DNA of 64,000 nucleotides from Pseudomonadota bacterium (GCA_037142195.1 JBAXBA010000005.1:430-64429), one strand, 5' to 3'. Shown: positions 27,201 through 37,175, counted from the first letter of the stretch. Notes: generated from the letters alone by a model not told the origin. Made by a program: numbers and translations.

Positions 27201-30200
27201 CCACGCCTAGAATTAGAACTAGGTTCCAGTCCAAAATATGCCTACTATCTCTCCGGTTCTGGAACATCTGTCCTGCTTTTTCGCTATACGGTTGTAAGCG
27301 GCGACAATACCAACGACCTTGATTACAAGACACCGAGTGCTCTTTCCACTAATGGCGGAACCGTAAAAAATGTTTCACCTGTCGATGCTGTTTTAGCTCT
27401 TCCAAGCCCTGGGACCCCGAACTCTCTTGGCTTCAATCAAAATATCAGAGTAGATACAACATCGCCCATGATTTCAACTATCTTATCTCAATCCACCCTT
27501 GAAGATATACCGTTGAGCCCCATTTCCTATACGATCACTGATGCAGGAAATATTTTAGATTGCGTGTCTTCAGTGACCGTTACCACAAGTAATCCGAGCG
27601 TGCTTCCTCTTGCAAATATAATCAAATCAGGTCAAGCACCCAATTGCCTCTTGACCCTCGTCTCTGAACTAAATAGCTTCGGAGCGTCTACTGTTACCGT
27701 CACCGTAAATGATGGAATCACGGCTGCTGCTTCTACAAGTTTCCTGTTCTCAGTCACTTCCGTAAATGATCTGCCTTCCATTTCCGACGTTGCCGATCAG
27801 TCCATGAATGAGGATGGACCTGCAATGAACCTTTCTGTCGTCATTAATGATGTCGACAATAATCTTAATTGCAACACTTCACTTTCTGCAACTTCCAGCA
27901 ATTCCACTCTCATTTCAAATTCATCTATAGTCTTTTCTGGCACTGCTCCCAACTGCTATGTTTCTTTGACTCCTAGCCCTAATCAGAATGGCACGGCCAT
28001 CATCACCCTAAGCGTCACCGATGGCTCGGCAACGGCTATGGATACTTTTGTTTTAAATGTCATCCCGGTTAATGACCCACCCACGATTTCTTCCTTTCCA
28101 AGTCAGGTTATGATGAATGAAGACTCTACAGCAATTGTCAATGTCCTATTAAACGACATCGACAACAGCCTCCCCTGTTCCGCATTAACGATTACAAACT
28201 CGTCAAACTCGGCTCTTCTGCCTCCTACATCGCCCAACATAGTTATGGGCGGAACAGCTCCCAACTGCACTTTAACATTGAATCCAGCTCTCAACCAAAA
28301 TGGTTCCTCAACCATTAGCATGAATGCCTTTGATGGAACCACTACCTCTGGAACGGTGAACTTCAATGTCAACGTCACTCCCGTAGATGATCCTCCAACT
28401 ATACCGGCAATCCCCCCGCAAGTTGCTATATTAGGATTTGCAAAAACCTTCACGTTTCCAGTCAACGATGTGGATTCCACAGTAAGCTGTATTTTCTATG
28501 CCCCTACTAGCTCAAATACGGCGGTAATTACGAGCGCACACATAGCCCTCGCGTCAGGAGGTACAAATTTTTGTAGTGTGACGATCAGCGCTATGGGACC
28601 ATCCCCTGGAAATAGCAACATTACCGTAACCGTAAAAGACGATACGAGTGTGGCTACCCAAACTTTCAATATCACTATTACGAAACAATGGTATCAGGAA
28701 GCTTATATTAAGGCGCCAAATTCTCTTTCAGTATCCTCCCTTAACTTTGGTCGGTCCGTATCTCTTAACGATTCCACATTAGCTGTCGGAGCTGAGTTTG
28801 AAGGGAATGCCCAATCGAACATAACTCCCACAATTACTACGAACACAAACTCTATGGCCAACGCTGGAGCTGTTTATGTGTTCGGAAGAACAGGAACGAA
28901 TTGGTCCATTCAGTCATATATCAAGGCATCCAACAATAGAGCAGGCAACTATTTTGGAAATGAAGTCTCCCTTTCCGGAGACACTCTGGCTGTTGCGGCT
29001 TATCAAGAGGGATCTCAACAAACCACCATAACGACCGGCATAACCAACAATACGGCGAACGGCGCCCTAACTTCCGGAGCTGCCTACATTTTTAAACGAA
29101 CGAGCGGCAATTGGAGCCAAGAAGCGTTTATCAAACCTAACAATTCCGAGAGCCAAGATTTCTTTGGGCAGTCTATAAGCCTCAGTGGAAATACTTTGTT
29201 GGTGGGAGCTACTCAGGAAGATTCCAGCGAGTCCACCATCACCCAGACAGCATTGACTACTAACAACTCGTATGCCCAATCAGGCGCAGCTTACCTATTT
29301 AGCCGTATGGGGACGATCTGGACTCAAGATGCCTACATAAAAGCTTCAAACGTAGGAGCTGATGACTACTTTGGTGAGCCGGTTGCCATTTCGGGAGATA
29401 CGATTGCTATTGGTGCTTGGAACGAAGCGAGTTCTCAAAACACTATATCCAATACGACAGCGCCTGCAAGCCCTGATAATAGTGCTACTGGGTCAGGAGC
29501 CGTCTACATATACCGAAAAGATGCGGTTAATCAGTGGAGACAAGAAGCCTACATCAAGGCAAGTAACGCCGAGCAAAATGACAACTTCAGCAGCAGCTTG
29601 TCTTTATCGGGAAATATGTTAGCCGTCGGCTCCCCGATGGAAAGTAGCAACCTCACCACCATTAGCTTCGGAACTGCCTTTACCACTAACAATTCCAGTC
29701 CAGGCTCAGGTGCCGTATATATGTTTAATAGATCCGGAAGTGTTTGGTCCCAGCAAGCCTATATAAAAGCTTCTAACAACCGCACCAATAATCGTTTCGG
29801 AGATCAACTTTCCTTATCTGGCTCGACTTTAGCTGTAGGTGTGATGCTTGATGACAGCAATCAAACCACCATTACTTATGGCCCGCCTGCAAGTACAAAT
29901 TTAAACATGTCAGAGTCGGGCGCTACTTTCCTCTATAAATACATCTCCGGAAGCTGGTATGAAAAGAATTATATCAAGCCTGCCAATACGCATAATGCGG
30001 ACAACTTCGGTTTCTCCATATCACTTTCAGGGGACTCTTTAGCAGTAGGAGCCCCCCAAGAAAGCAGCAATCAAACTACCATTACAAATGGATCTCAACC
30101 GAGTCCCAACATAAGTCTTCCCAACTCTGGAGCGACTTATATTTACAGAAATATGGATATTGCGGCTGACCCTGATCTTAGAATCATCGCAAAAACAAGT

Positions 30201-30446
30201 ACCAGCATCACCTTGGCGTGGAATCCCAATTTAGGGTATGCGACTCAAGTTAGAATTGTACCTGCCATCTTGGGTGACGCCGATCCTCAAGACTGCAATG
30301 CTACCCAATACATCCTTTTGAATCCTGGAGTAAACACTTACCTTTACCAGGGACTCAACCCCTCGATGCGTTATGGTTTTAGAGTGTGCGCTAATAATGG
30401 AACGACCACACCGGGAAGCGTGATTTGGGAATCGACGACCCCTTAA
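24240..30446 (+). CDS. Giant surface lipoprotein 3 (2068 aa): helical N-region, Ig-like and cadherin-like repeats, 7-blade FG-GAP_2 propeller, C-terminal FN3-like domain
   Basis: Lipobox TLS-C; ~430 aa A/S/M-rich helical region; P/T linker. Five Ig repeats each carry YSDxxC...DxxxNxSxC, followed by one VxFSExVxVxGxPxL Ig domain and four VNDxP cadherin-like repeats. Then seven WxQxAYIK..FG..SLSGxTLAVGA blades and a TSITLAW...GLNPSMRYGFRV FN3 signature. Confidence 0.9.
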   Translation: MLKFLGVLVFLIATLSCSKQALQLSTSKGDSIKDPTAGDASSEISYSGALMIDSIKSEMVAMRYSLDQITTVVNAAKTEVSLASNLSIESSRELSLDGEGKSLRMASIAVAKGSIRALKETSLPEDAGILFQLANSARPEQLSMATIIKGQTKGMGLVKSRGKIAGMSSVVLAQATSEMASTALSTGAKTGMITSDNAPQMISAIAKSLFGNLKSTSMELDAEKIIPSFSNSLSGLKQVNLLKEALILVTQSMISESISGIKANNLESMTAEILPNIISNTMVGTYSVAGSSENFASAAAEVGKSALSSVNQLGLIKSKDDGSTFATLVFSSSIKSMDKIPDWNVDQLTNIAVAMQQKAMESAKDLGFSGNDTADILVNATVSMVKSMGALDRIQDLVVANDTLTQSFNRVTEATTKDLSSSIEGVSKDYSAAMQTAVSTAATEGAATSPTVQPTQPAPVPGPTLAIPTLITRVAPTMNRSIGNVVAFTIGSAVPGQTIKFYSDSSCTTLLGQGVYTSSAVTLPITLAAPGAYFFYVKSFDASLNFSACANTGETYVLDNSASSPSATLVSPSAVVGNSNLVTLGLSMLEANATVEIYSDSLCASSLLGSAVVTNSSQNLTAVLPSTGMYNFYLKQTDDLGNASPCVNSGLSYLYDTTPPSNLSLSLVNPSTSPSNLNTITLRANGTEPNSTVFLYNSASCISTPLSSKPGISGSTDFPVNGLLEGSNLFYAKQVDAAGNASSCSPGLSYILDSTPPQLPVVTLEAGQAPFSSSSSVNLRINLAETGGTLKIYSNSTCTALQTTLTASSMSMPVVLSAQTEGPHTYYATHTDSLGNTSACSTSFASWTKDSVSPTPPQLNAATSPAGPSATTNITVSGTAEAFSTVQLYSDAACSTALTGQSQTSGSGSFSVPFNIPTPNSTYMFFAKAVDQAQNSSGCSTTSASYIHNSSIPSVINVSSSTSSNLTVGGTIDISVVFSESVYVSGSPRLELELGSSPKYAYYLSGSGTSVLLFRYTVVSGDNTNDLDYKTPSALSTNGGTVKNVSPVDAVLALPSPGTPNSLGFNQNIRVDTTSPMISTILSQSTLEDIPLSPISYTITDAGNILDCVSSVTVTTSNPSVLPLANIIKSGQAPNCLLTLVSELNSFGASTVTVTVNDGITAAASTSFLFSVTSVNDLPSISDVADQSMNEDGPAMNLSVVINDVDNNLNCNTSLSATSSNSTLISNSSIVFSGTAPNCYVSLTPSPNQNGTAIITLSVTDGSATAMDTFVLNVIPVNDPPTISSFPSQVMMNEDSTAIVNVLLNDIDNSLPCSALTITNSSNSALLPPTSPNIVMGGTAPNCTLTLNPALNQNGSSTISMNAFDGTTTSGTVNFNVNVTPVDDPPTIPAIPPQVAILGFAKTFTFPVNDVDSTVSCIFYAPTSSNTAVITSAHIALASGGTNFCSVTISAMGPSPGNSNITVTVKDDTSVATQTFNITITKQWYQEAYIKAPNSLSVSSLNFGRSVSLNDSTLAVGAEFEGNAQSNITPTITTNTNSMANAGAVYVFGRTGTNWSIQSYIKASNNRAGNYFGNEVSLSGDTLAVAAYQEGSQQTTITTGITNNTANGALTSGAAYIFKRTSGNWSQEAFIKPNNSESQDFFGQSISLSGNTLLVGATQEDSSESTITQTALTTNNSYAQSGAAYLFSRMGTIWTQDAYIKASNVGADDYFGEPVAISGDTIAIGAWNEASSQNTISNTTAPASPDNSATGSGAVYIYRKDAVNQWRQEAYIKASNAEQNDNFSSSLSLSGNMLAVGSPMESSNLTTISFGTAFTTNNSSPGSGAVYMFNRSGSVWSQQAYIKASNNRTNNRFGDQLSLSGSTLAVGVMLDDSNQTTITYGPPASTNLNMSESGATFLYKYISGSWYEKNYIKPANTHNADNFGFSISLSGDSLAVGAPQESSNQTTITNGSQPSPNISLPNSGATYIYRNMDIAADPDLRIIAKTSTSITLAWNPNLGYATQVRIVPAILGDADPQDCNATQYILLNPGVNTYLYQGLNPSMRYGFRVCANNGTTTPGSVIWESTTP
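28689..30153 (+). repeat. Seven FG-GAP_2 (integrin-alpha-like) repeats forming a beta-propeller
   Basis: Blades begin WYQEAYIK, WSIQSYIK, WSQEAFIK, WTQDAYIK, WRQEAYIK, WSQQAYIK and WYEKNYIK. Confidence 0.85.
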
Positions 30447-31220
30447 TAGGACGAATGCATTTGAAATCTGGCTGTTCTTAAATGAGACATTTAGCTTGCA
30501 CTTTCCATTTGCCCTGATCTTACCGTGATAAAGGATTTGTACCAAAAAAGACCCTTGAGATCGCGAATTGTGTGAGTTGGCAAAGAAAAAGTCTTACAAC
30601 AGAATTCCTAGATGGAAGTATTTGAGGGTGCAGCTCAGGAGAAGATTATTCGCAGCAAGTTCTTGAAATTTGAAAAATCTAGGACGTTTTAATTCCTATA
30701 AGCTCGTTTTTAATAAGCCAGGGAAATTCTCATATAACACTTTCTATCCTTGAAAGATATTGGTGGAAACAGGTTGATATTTCCATCGCGGCTGGCTAGA
30801 TTCGTTAGAAAATAGCCAAGCTTCTAACTCTGAAAAATCTTATTGTAGGAAACCCCATGCGGTAGGCTTAACGTAACTCTAGTAGCCTACCAATTTTGCA
30901 TTCCTCATTTTAAAAGGGTCGATGAAGTTCTAGGGAATTATGGTATTACGTTCTTTGTTTAAATCAGCTCCATAAATATATGTATGACAATATGATACCC
31001 GCCGATGTGTTTTAGCATACAGAAAACCTTCTACGGAAGTAGCGTGAATTGCTTCTGGAACAGCACAGAACACACTGGAGTCTAGAGGTCCTTCTAAATG
31101 TTATGCCGCTAGAAAAACTTTTTTATAAATCTTTTGACTTTATGTTTGCTCCTAATGGCATTCGCTCTTAAACTCTAAACCAACACAAGTGATTTTTTAT
31201 AAACTCCGATGAGGTGTGCT

Positions 31221-32750
31221 ATGAAACCCTGTCTTCACGGTCTCTTTTTTACGTTATCCTGGATTGCTTGTTCCCAAGGATTTGCAAATCCTTCTGCTGT
31301 GGCATCACGCCCGAAACCTGCATCGATCACCCAAGATGTGGGTTCTTCTATAGAAGATATTTTTGAATATGACAAAACTAGCGTTGCCTGCGGGAAGTAC
31401 TGGGCATTTTTAGATGAGAGCGACCAACCCAAAAGCGGTGTCCCAGAGACGGATTTGCGGCGCGAAGAAGTCCTCTGTGGTAAGTGGCTTTTTTTGTCAT
31501 GGGAAACCACCGGAAAGCTTCCCCTTCCTGAGTTACTCTTCGACGCCATTCAAAGGTCATGGCCGGAAAGAGTCGGAACTCATTTTGAAAAGCTTGGCTT
31601 CCTCCCGAATCCTTTCGACAAGCGAGGCAGACCACTGGGAGTCACAAGATCAACAACAAAATATACAGGACTTCCAGCGGTCAATATTTCCTGCTCGGCC
31701 TGCCATGTGGGCCAACTTCCAGATGGCAGATTCGCAGTAGGCGCTCCCAACACCAAACTAGACATGAGTACCTTTAACCTTATGTCTTACTATCCGCTTT
31801 TTGCTACCATGTCGAACCAAGATCGCGCCCTTCTTCACCCCGAGGTACGCGCCTACTATCTCGAACTGGAAAAGACAGAAAAAAATCGTATAGGAAATGG
31901 CAAAGGGGGAATCGATTGGTCCAATGTCATTTTCAAGTACTCGAAACTTTTACGCTGGCTTCATATTGGCTCCAAAGGCTTGCCTGATGCTCAATATGTA
32001 GTGATGCCACCAGAAAGAGACCTCCTTTCCTGGATTCATGGCAAGCCAGGCGTCTTCAACCCCGGGGCACCTATGCTTACTCTCCAAGTAAAAGGAGTCC
32101 CTAATCTGGCTGTTCCTCAAATATGGGGCGTTTCTGGATATGAGCAAGATTTCGCAAATGGCGAGGTCGCACCCGTTGGCCAAACTACGAAATACTCATC
32201 CCTAGAAAAATTTGCAGCGGATGCTATGATTTATGCCTATCAGGATCCGGCCTTAAATCGTTCGCGCAATATCCGGCCCCTAGTCGCTTACTTAAGACAA
32301 ATAGAAACCCCAAAAACTCTCGAAACCCTAGATGCGATGTCTGTGACTTCGGGCCAAGCCATCTTCACTCGCTCTTGTAAATCCTGTCATGATGGAGCTT
32401 CAGGCGAATCCACGAAACTCTATGGAGCCCGTGAAGTAGAAAGCATACCAGCACTAGAAAATCCTAGGGCGGGCTATATAGCTACAACCCCTATCTCTAA
32501 ACTCATCGCAGAACTTAGTGACGCCTTAGGGGCCCGCATCGAGCCACAACCCATCGGCATTAAAAGTAGACGATTGACGGGCCTTTGGGCGCGAAAAAAC
32601 CTCATGACCCATGGATCTGTAAAAGACATAGATGACCTTCTCTGTTTGCAGGGCGCAAGATCTTCTGAAGGATTTACCCATAGAGATATTTGTAATGACC
32701 TGAACTTTTCGGAACGACAGAGTTTGCTGAGCTACCTCAAGACACTCTAA
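31221..32750 (+). CDS. Exported di-heme c-type cytochrome, RoxA / di-heme peroxidase-like superfamily
   Basis: Start likely ATG 31221 (GAGGT RBS); signal peptide; two CxxCH motifs (CSACH, CKSCH). LTGLWARKNLMTHGSV and ERQSLLSYLKTL resemble the LxGxWxxxPYxHNGSVP and ExxxLxEYLKTL motifs of this family. Confidence 0.75.
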   Translation: MKPCLHGLFFTLSWIACSQGFANPSAVASRPKPASITQDVGSSIEDIFEYDKTSVACGKYWAFLDESDQPKSGVPETDLRREEVLCGKWLFLSWETTGKLPLPELLFDAIQRSWPERVGTHFEKLGFLPNPFDKRGRPLGVTRSTTKYTGLPAVNISCSACHVGQLPDGRFAVGAPNTKLDMSTFNLMSYYPLFATMSNQDRALLHPEVRAYYLELEKTEKNRIGNGKGGIDWSNVIFKYSKLLRWLHIGSKGLPDAQYVVMPPERDLLSWIHGKPGVFNPGAPMLTLQVKGVPNLAVPQIWGVSGYEQDFANGEVAPVGQTTKYSSLEKFAADAMIYAYQDPALNRSRNIRPLVAYLRQIETPKTLETLDAMSVTSGQAIFTRSCKSCHDGASGESTKLYGAREVESIPALENPRAGYIATTPISKLIAELSDALGARIEPQPIGIKSRRLTGLWARKNLMTHGSVKDIDDLLCLQGARSSEGFTHRDICNDLNFSERQSLLSYLKTL

Positions 32751-33256
32751 ATCCAGGCCACAAGAGACCTTTCTTTGCTTAGAAGCATGCCTCAAGCTCA
32801 TAAGGCTTGTTGCATTGCAAAGGCACCCAAGTTTCCCAACTAGAGTTTTGATTCTAGGCTCTAGGCTCCTCAGTTTCTTGGACCAAGAGCCGCCCCTATG
32901 GGTAGTAAGCAAAGCCACCTGTGCCCAATTTCTCGTTTTTAAAGGTTCTCTCGGGAATAGGATCTGAATGGTATCGACTTATCCCATCTGCTTGGGACCG
33001 GTTTTCAAGCGCCTAAAAAGTACCTTGGGAAATGGAAAATTGCTGTATGTATTTTCCAAAATTACCTGATACTCATTTGCTCCGACATAAAATTAATGTA
33101 CTATCTGTACCCATGTCACAATGTCAGATTTGCAAAGCAAGAGGACTTACTTTAGAGTTTGTCAAAGGGGAACCTCTTTCATTTAGAAACCTTGCGCTGT
33201 GAATGCGTTAAATATCATCTTCCGTGAGACATTTTTAGGAATAGGGGAGTATTGCT

Positions 33257-35344
33257 ATGAAGTCTAAACTTAGAAGTTTTACATTGTTTTTGCTGATGGG
33301 TTTAACTGTAGCAGGCTGCGAAGCACTTAGGGTACCTAACGATCGAGATGTTCCCTACAGCTCAAAAGCAGCTTCTACACCCTTTTCAGTAAACCCCCTT
33401 GACAAATCTTGTGGCGGCTTTCCGGCCCTTAGAATTGAAACTAAGACGGGTTACTGCGTTGGACTCATAAAGCAACTTAATGACCCTTTGTTTCAGCCCC
33501 GCGTTCTCCTAGAAATCCCTGGCAAGCCCGGTGAATTTTTGGTTTCAGACTTTGCGGGATGGAGTTCGACATCGGGAAAGATTTGGTATTTCAAATCTGG
33601 CAACGATTTTTCAAAGGTTCAGCTGGTTCCTATAATTACAAATTTATCTGTTGTGCATCAACTTATCGCCGGCCCAGAAGGACTTATCTATTTTAGTGAG
33701 GACTCTCGCATACGGGCATTTCCTGTCTCCGCTATTTCTGGCCCCAATCCCATCGCACCCGCAAACCTAAAAACCGTTTTAGACAACCTCCCCCCCATGA
33801 ACCGTGGGGGCACAAAAAATTCCATGCATCCGATTAAGAATTTTATTTTTACTCCCTCCAATGATTTGATCGTAAATATTGGTGCCTACACGGATCACTG
33901 TTCAGGGTTTCTAGGGAAAATTTGTGATGAGGCCGATTTATCGTTTGGAAAGGGTTCTAGTGACCCGTTAAACCACGGTTCTGTACTTCGACTCTACCCG
34001 TTTAAAGGGTCTGTCGCCAAAGGTTGGGACCCTCAGTATAGGCTGGTCGCTCAAGGTCTAAGAAATTCCATGGGGCTTTTGTTTACCCCTGCAGGCGATC
34101 TCTTGCAGGTCGAAAACTCTAGAGACTTTAATGAATCCTTTAGGCCCACAGAAGAACTCAATCTCATTTCTCGTGATGTGATAGCTGGAAAGATTCCCGC
34201 CAAACACTACGGCTGGCCTTATTGTTATGACTATAATAGCACAAGCGACGAATGGAAAAACGGCCCTTTTTCCTGTAATCCCGCTCAAAATCCCAACTAT
34301 CAACCTCCTTTTATGATGCTTCCCCCCCACGGCGCGCCACTTGGGATTTTGCGTTACAAGGGCGGTTTGTTTCCTGAGCTGAAGGACAAGTTGCTGATTT
34401 CCCTTCATGGGTACCGCAGCCCTGGGCATAGGCTTATCGCCATTTCAACAAATGCAGGAAATCCTATCCCACCTTCAGGCAAAGGAAGCTATCTCGATGA
34501 CGATTTAGGTGGTGGAACGGAATCCATACAACGTTTTTTTCCTGACAGTCCTTCAACGGGTGCATTTGACTATATAATCCATGGTTGGTACGAAGCTCCT
34601 AAATTTCGACCCAAGGGCGCCCCAGTTGCTATTACGGAAGCCAGCGACGGAAGTATTTACTTGGCTGACGATAAATCCAATTCCATCTTGCGGATCGCGA
34701 AACCTGGCCCTAATTTTGTAAAGTTACCTGCACCAGACATACCGAATCTCTCCAAAGCCTACAGTGATATCATTAAAGAATCACCCAGGTTGCAGAGTGC
34801 CTACCAGACTTTTGTGACAAAAGTTGTAAAATCTCCCCAATGTCAAGGCTGTCATGATTCCTATGTCAATTTAAATGACAAAGTAGACGACGAGTATAAA
34901 CATTTGCGTTATGTCATGTCCCTTGGGACTTGGGTCGTGCCAGGTGATTTAGAAAAAAGTACTCTCTTCACCAAGCTGTCTCCCCCATTAAAAAGTGCGA
35001 TGCCTCCCATAGACCAGCCTTACAAGTCTCTTGAAGAAGCCACCTCTGCCCTTGAGACCGTCAAGAGTTTTGTGATGGCATTTCCCTCACAGGACCAAAT
35101 CTGGAAAGTAAAATCTGAAGGCGCCCCCATCAAAGGGCTCAAGAAAGGAGCTGCAGGAAACGCACTTTGCGGAACAGCCCCAAAAGGCCACCACGTGTTT
35201 GCCATTTCCAACACTCCTTCCCAGCTAGGCGGTAAAAAAGTATTGGAAGTCCTTATAGGACGTCCCTCTGCTTTAGCGAATGCTAAAGAATGCGAGAGCT
35301 TTAATTCCTTCTTTATCAATTTAGAGGATTTGCAAAAAATCTAA
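33257..35344 (+). CDS. Lipoprotein: PQQ-dependent sugar (glucose/sorbosone) dehydrogenase-like propeller fused to a mono-heme cytochrome c domain
   Basis: Lipobox VAG-C; GLRNSMGL, EELNLI, HYGWPYCY, HGAPLG, LISLHG and PVAITEASDGSIYLADD are GSDH/SndH motifs. C-terminal CQGCH...VVPGDLEKSTL...MPP resembles planctomycete-type cytochrome c. Confidence 0.8.
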   Translation: MKSKLRSFTLFLLMGLTVAGCEALRVPNDRDVPYSSKAASTPFSVNPLDKSCGGFPALRIETKTGYCVGLIKQLNDPLFQPRVLLEIPGKPGEFLVSDFAGWSSTSGKIWYFKSGNDFSKVQLVPIITNLSVVHQLIAGPEGLIYFSEDSRIRAFPVSAISGPNPIAPANLKTVLDNLPPMNRGGTKNSMHPIKNFIFTPSNDLIVNIGAYTDHCSGFLGKICDEADLSFGKGSSDPLNHGSVLRLYPFKGSVAKGWDPQYRLVAQGLRNSMGLLFTPAGDLLQVENSRDFNESFRPTEELNLISRDVIAGKIPAKHYGWPYCYDYNSTSDEWKNGPFSCNPAQNPNYQPPFMMLPPHGAPLGILRYKGGLFPELKDKLLISLHGYRSPGHRLIAISTNAGNPIPPSGKGSYLDDDLGGGTESIQRFFPDSPSTGAFDYIIHGWYEAPKFRPKGAPVAITEASDGSIYLADDKSNSILRIAKPGPNFVKLPAPDIPNLSKAYSDIIKESPRLQSAYQTFVTKVVKSPQCQGCHDSYVNLNDKVDDEYKHLRYVMSLGTWVVPGDLEKSTLFTKLSPPLKSAMPPIDQPYKSLEEATSALETVKSFVMAFPSQDQIWKVKSEGAPIKGLKKGAAGNALCGTAPKGHHVFAISNTPSQLGGKKVLEVLIGRPSALANAKECESFNSFFINLEDLQKI

Positions 35345-35444
35345 CCACATTAATACGACGACACCTTTTCTAAAAAATTCTTTTTGGAAAAGCGAAAGAC
35401 TAAGTAATAGCTCGCTAGAGCTTTCCTATAAGAGGAGTGAAGAG

Positions 35445-36170
35445 ATGATAACTGCTAGACTTTCGCAAGACCGTGGAGCCGTTGATTTTGGTTGGCTTAA
35501 AAGTTGGCATAGCTTTTCTTTTGGGGACTACTACGATCCGAAGTTTATGGGCTTTTCCACTCTTCGCGTCATAAACGACGATATTATTAAAAATGGCGCT
35601 GGCTTTCCGCCTCATTCCCATCGAGATATGGAAATTATCACGTTTGTCACCAAAGGCATCATTGCCCACGAAGACTCCACGGGCTCCAAAGGGGAAATCA
35701 CCGCAGGTGAAATCCAAGTCATGACAGCTGGGCAAGGCATAACCCATAGTGAATATGCCAAAGGCGAAGTCCCCTGCGAACTTTTTCAAATCTGGATCAC
35801 TCCCGAGAGAAAAGGACTGGCCCCCAAGTATCGTCAGTACTCATGGCTTAAGGAATTTCAAAACGGCTCTCTAAGTCCTAAAGGGGGATCCTTAGCTGGT
35901 GATTTAGAGGATTTTATTCTCCTAGCTTCTCAAGATGGCAAAAACCATTCCATTTCCATCAGTGCAGATGCCTCCATGTATTTTGCGGATATTAAGGCTC
36001 CTAAAAATATTACTATATCGACAACGCGCCGCTACTACCTGCAGGTAATTTCAGGCGCCCTTCAGGTATCCGATCAAAGCTTAAAGGATCGTGATGCGTT
36101 GATGATTTTTGGTGAGAAAGAATTGAGTTTAAAGGGAACCGGCAGCTTTCTGTTGTTTGACCTTCCCTAA
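35445..36170 (+). CDS. Pirin-family protein (YhhW-like)
   Basis: GWLKSWHSFSFGDYYDP, LRVINDD, GFPPHSHRDMEI, HEDSTG, QVMTAGQGITHSE and FQIWI motifs. Confidence 0.92.
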   Translation: MITARLSQDRGAVDFGWLKSWHSFSFGDYYDPKFMGFSTLRVINDDIIKNGAGFPPHSHRDMEIITFVTKGIIAHEDSTGSKGEITAGEIQVMTAGQGITHSEYAKGEVPCELFQIWITPERKGLAPKYRQYSWLKEFQNGSLSPKGGSLAGDLEDFILLASQDGKNHSISISADASMYFADIKAPKNITISTTRRYYLQVISGALQVSDQSLKDRDALMIFGEKELSLKGTGSFLLFDLP

Positions 36171-36239
36171 ACGGCTGTTGCTTTCTGGGTGTGCCATCAG
36201 TTTCTCTCATTCCATTCTATTTTGGGACTTGTAAATTAA

Positions 36240-37175
36240 ATGCCATCTTTTACTCAATTAGAATACGCCCTCGCCTTAGATCGAGAACGGCATTTTGGAA
36301 AAGCGGCGAAAGCTTGCCATGTATCTCAGCCAAGTCTTTCGACATTGATCCTCAAGCTTGAAGGCGAGTTAGGATTTAGCCTCTTTGATCGCAGTAAAAA
36401 GCCCATTTTGCCCACCGAGGAAGGCGAGGCCTTTCTTAGGGAGGCCCGCGAAATTATGAAACGAGTGGAGTCGCTGGGAAGCCTTAAAAGCGAAGAAGGC
36501 CCAAAAGGAACCTATCGCCTCGGAATTATTCCTACCATGGCGCCTAGTCTGATTCCTAAAATTGTCTTATATGTTTCCAAACATCTCCCGCTGGTCCAAT
36601 TTCAAATCTTAGAGATGAAAACCACAGATATTGTGAGAGCTCTAGGTCGTGATGAAATCGATGGTGGTATCCTGGCGACCCCTTTAAAGGAACCTGGGAT
36701 CTTTGAAAACCCGCTTTTTTACGAACCCTTTCTGCTATTTACCAGCGCCGACAGCCCTTTAAAGAATAAAACGTTTTTGAAAGAAGAAGACTTAAAGGGA
36801 AATCAAATCTGGCTGGTGGGAGAAGGTCATTGCTTTCGAGGGCAGGTTCTGCAAATTTGCAGCAACCAGGCGGATCACGTCTATTCCAACATTCAATTAG
36901 AGAGTAGCGGTATGGCGACCGTCCTTGAGCTGGTCAAAGCCACCAAAGGAGCCACTTTGATTCCCTATTTAAATACTCTCGGCATGCCGGAGGAGGGTTT
37001 AAGCACCTTTGCCAAACCTTGGCCGGCAAGAGAGGTTTCGCTGGTCATGTCCCGCCCCCGTTATAAATCAAGAATCCATGAAGCCATCATGGCAGCCGTC
37101 ACGGAAAGCATTCCCAGCGCCATTCAGTCTCTCAAAGCGAAAGACGTGCACGTGATCGGCCTTTCCAGAGCTTAG
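36240..37175 (+). CDS. oxyR: LysR-family regulator, hydrogen-peroxide sensor OxyR-like
   Basis: LysR HTH (RHFGKAAKACHVSQPSLS); GEGHCFRGQVLQIC retains both redox cysteines with OxyR C199/C208 spacing. Confidence 0.8.
   Translation: MPSFTQLEYALALDRERHFGKAAKACHVSQPSLSTLILKLEGELGFSLFDRSKKPILPTEEGEAFLREAREIMKRVESLGSLKSEEGPKGTYRLGIIPTMAPSLIPKIVLYVSKHLPLVQFQILEMKTTDIVRALGRDEIDGGILATPLKEPGIFENPLFYEPFLLFTSADSPLKNKTFLKEEDLKGNQIWLVGEGHCFRGQVLQICSNQADHVYSNIQLESSGMATVLELVKATKGATLIPYLNTLGMPEEGLSTFAKPWPAREVSLVMSRPRYKSRIHEAIMAAVTESIPSAIQSLKAKDVHVIGLSRA

Noticed and set aside
35407-35429. OxyR/LysR box upstream of pirin (CTAG-N7-CTAT)
   Set aside because: Only one degenerate half of the four-ATAG OxyR pattern; T-N11-A is too common to be evidence.
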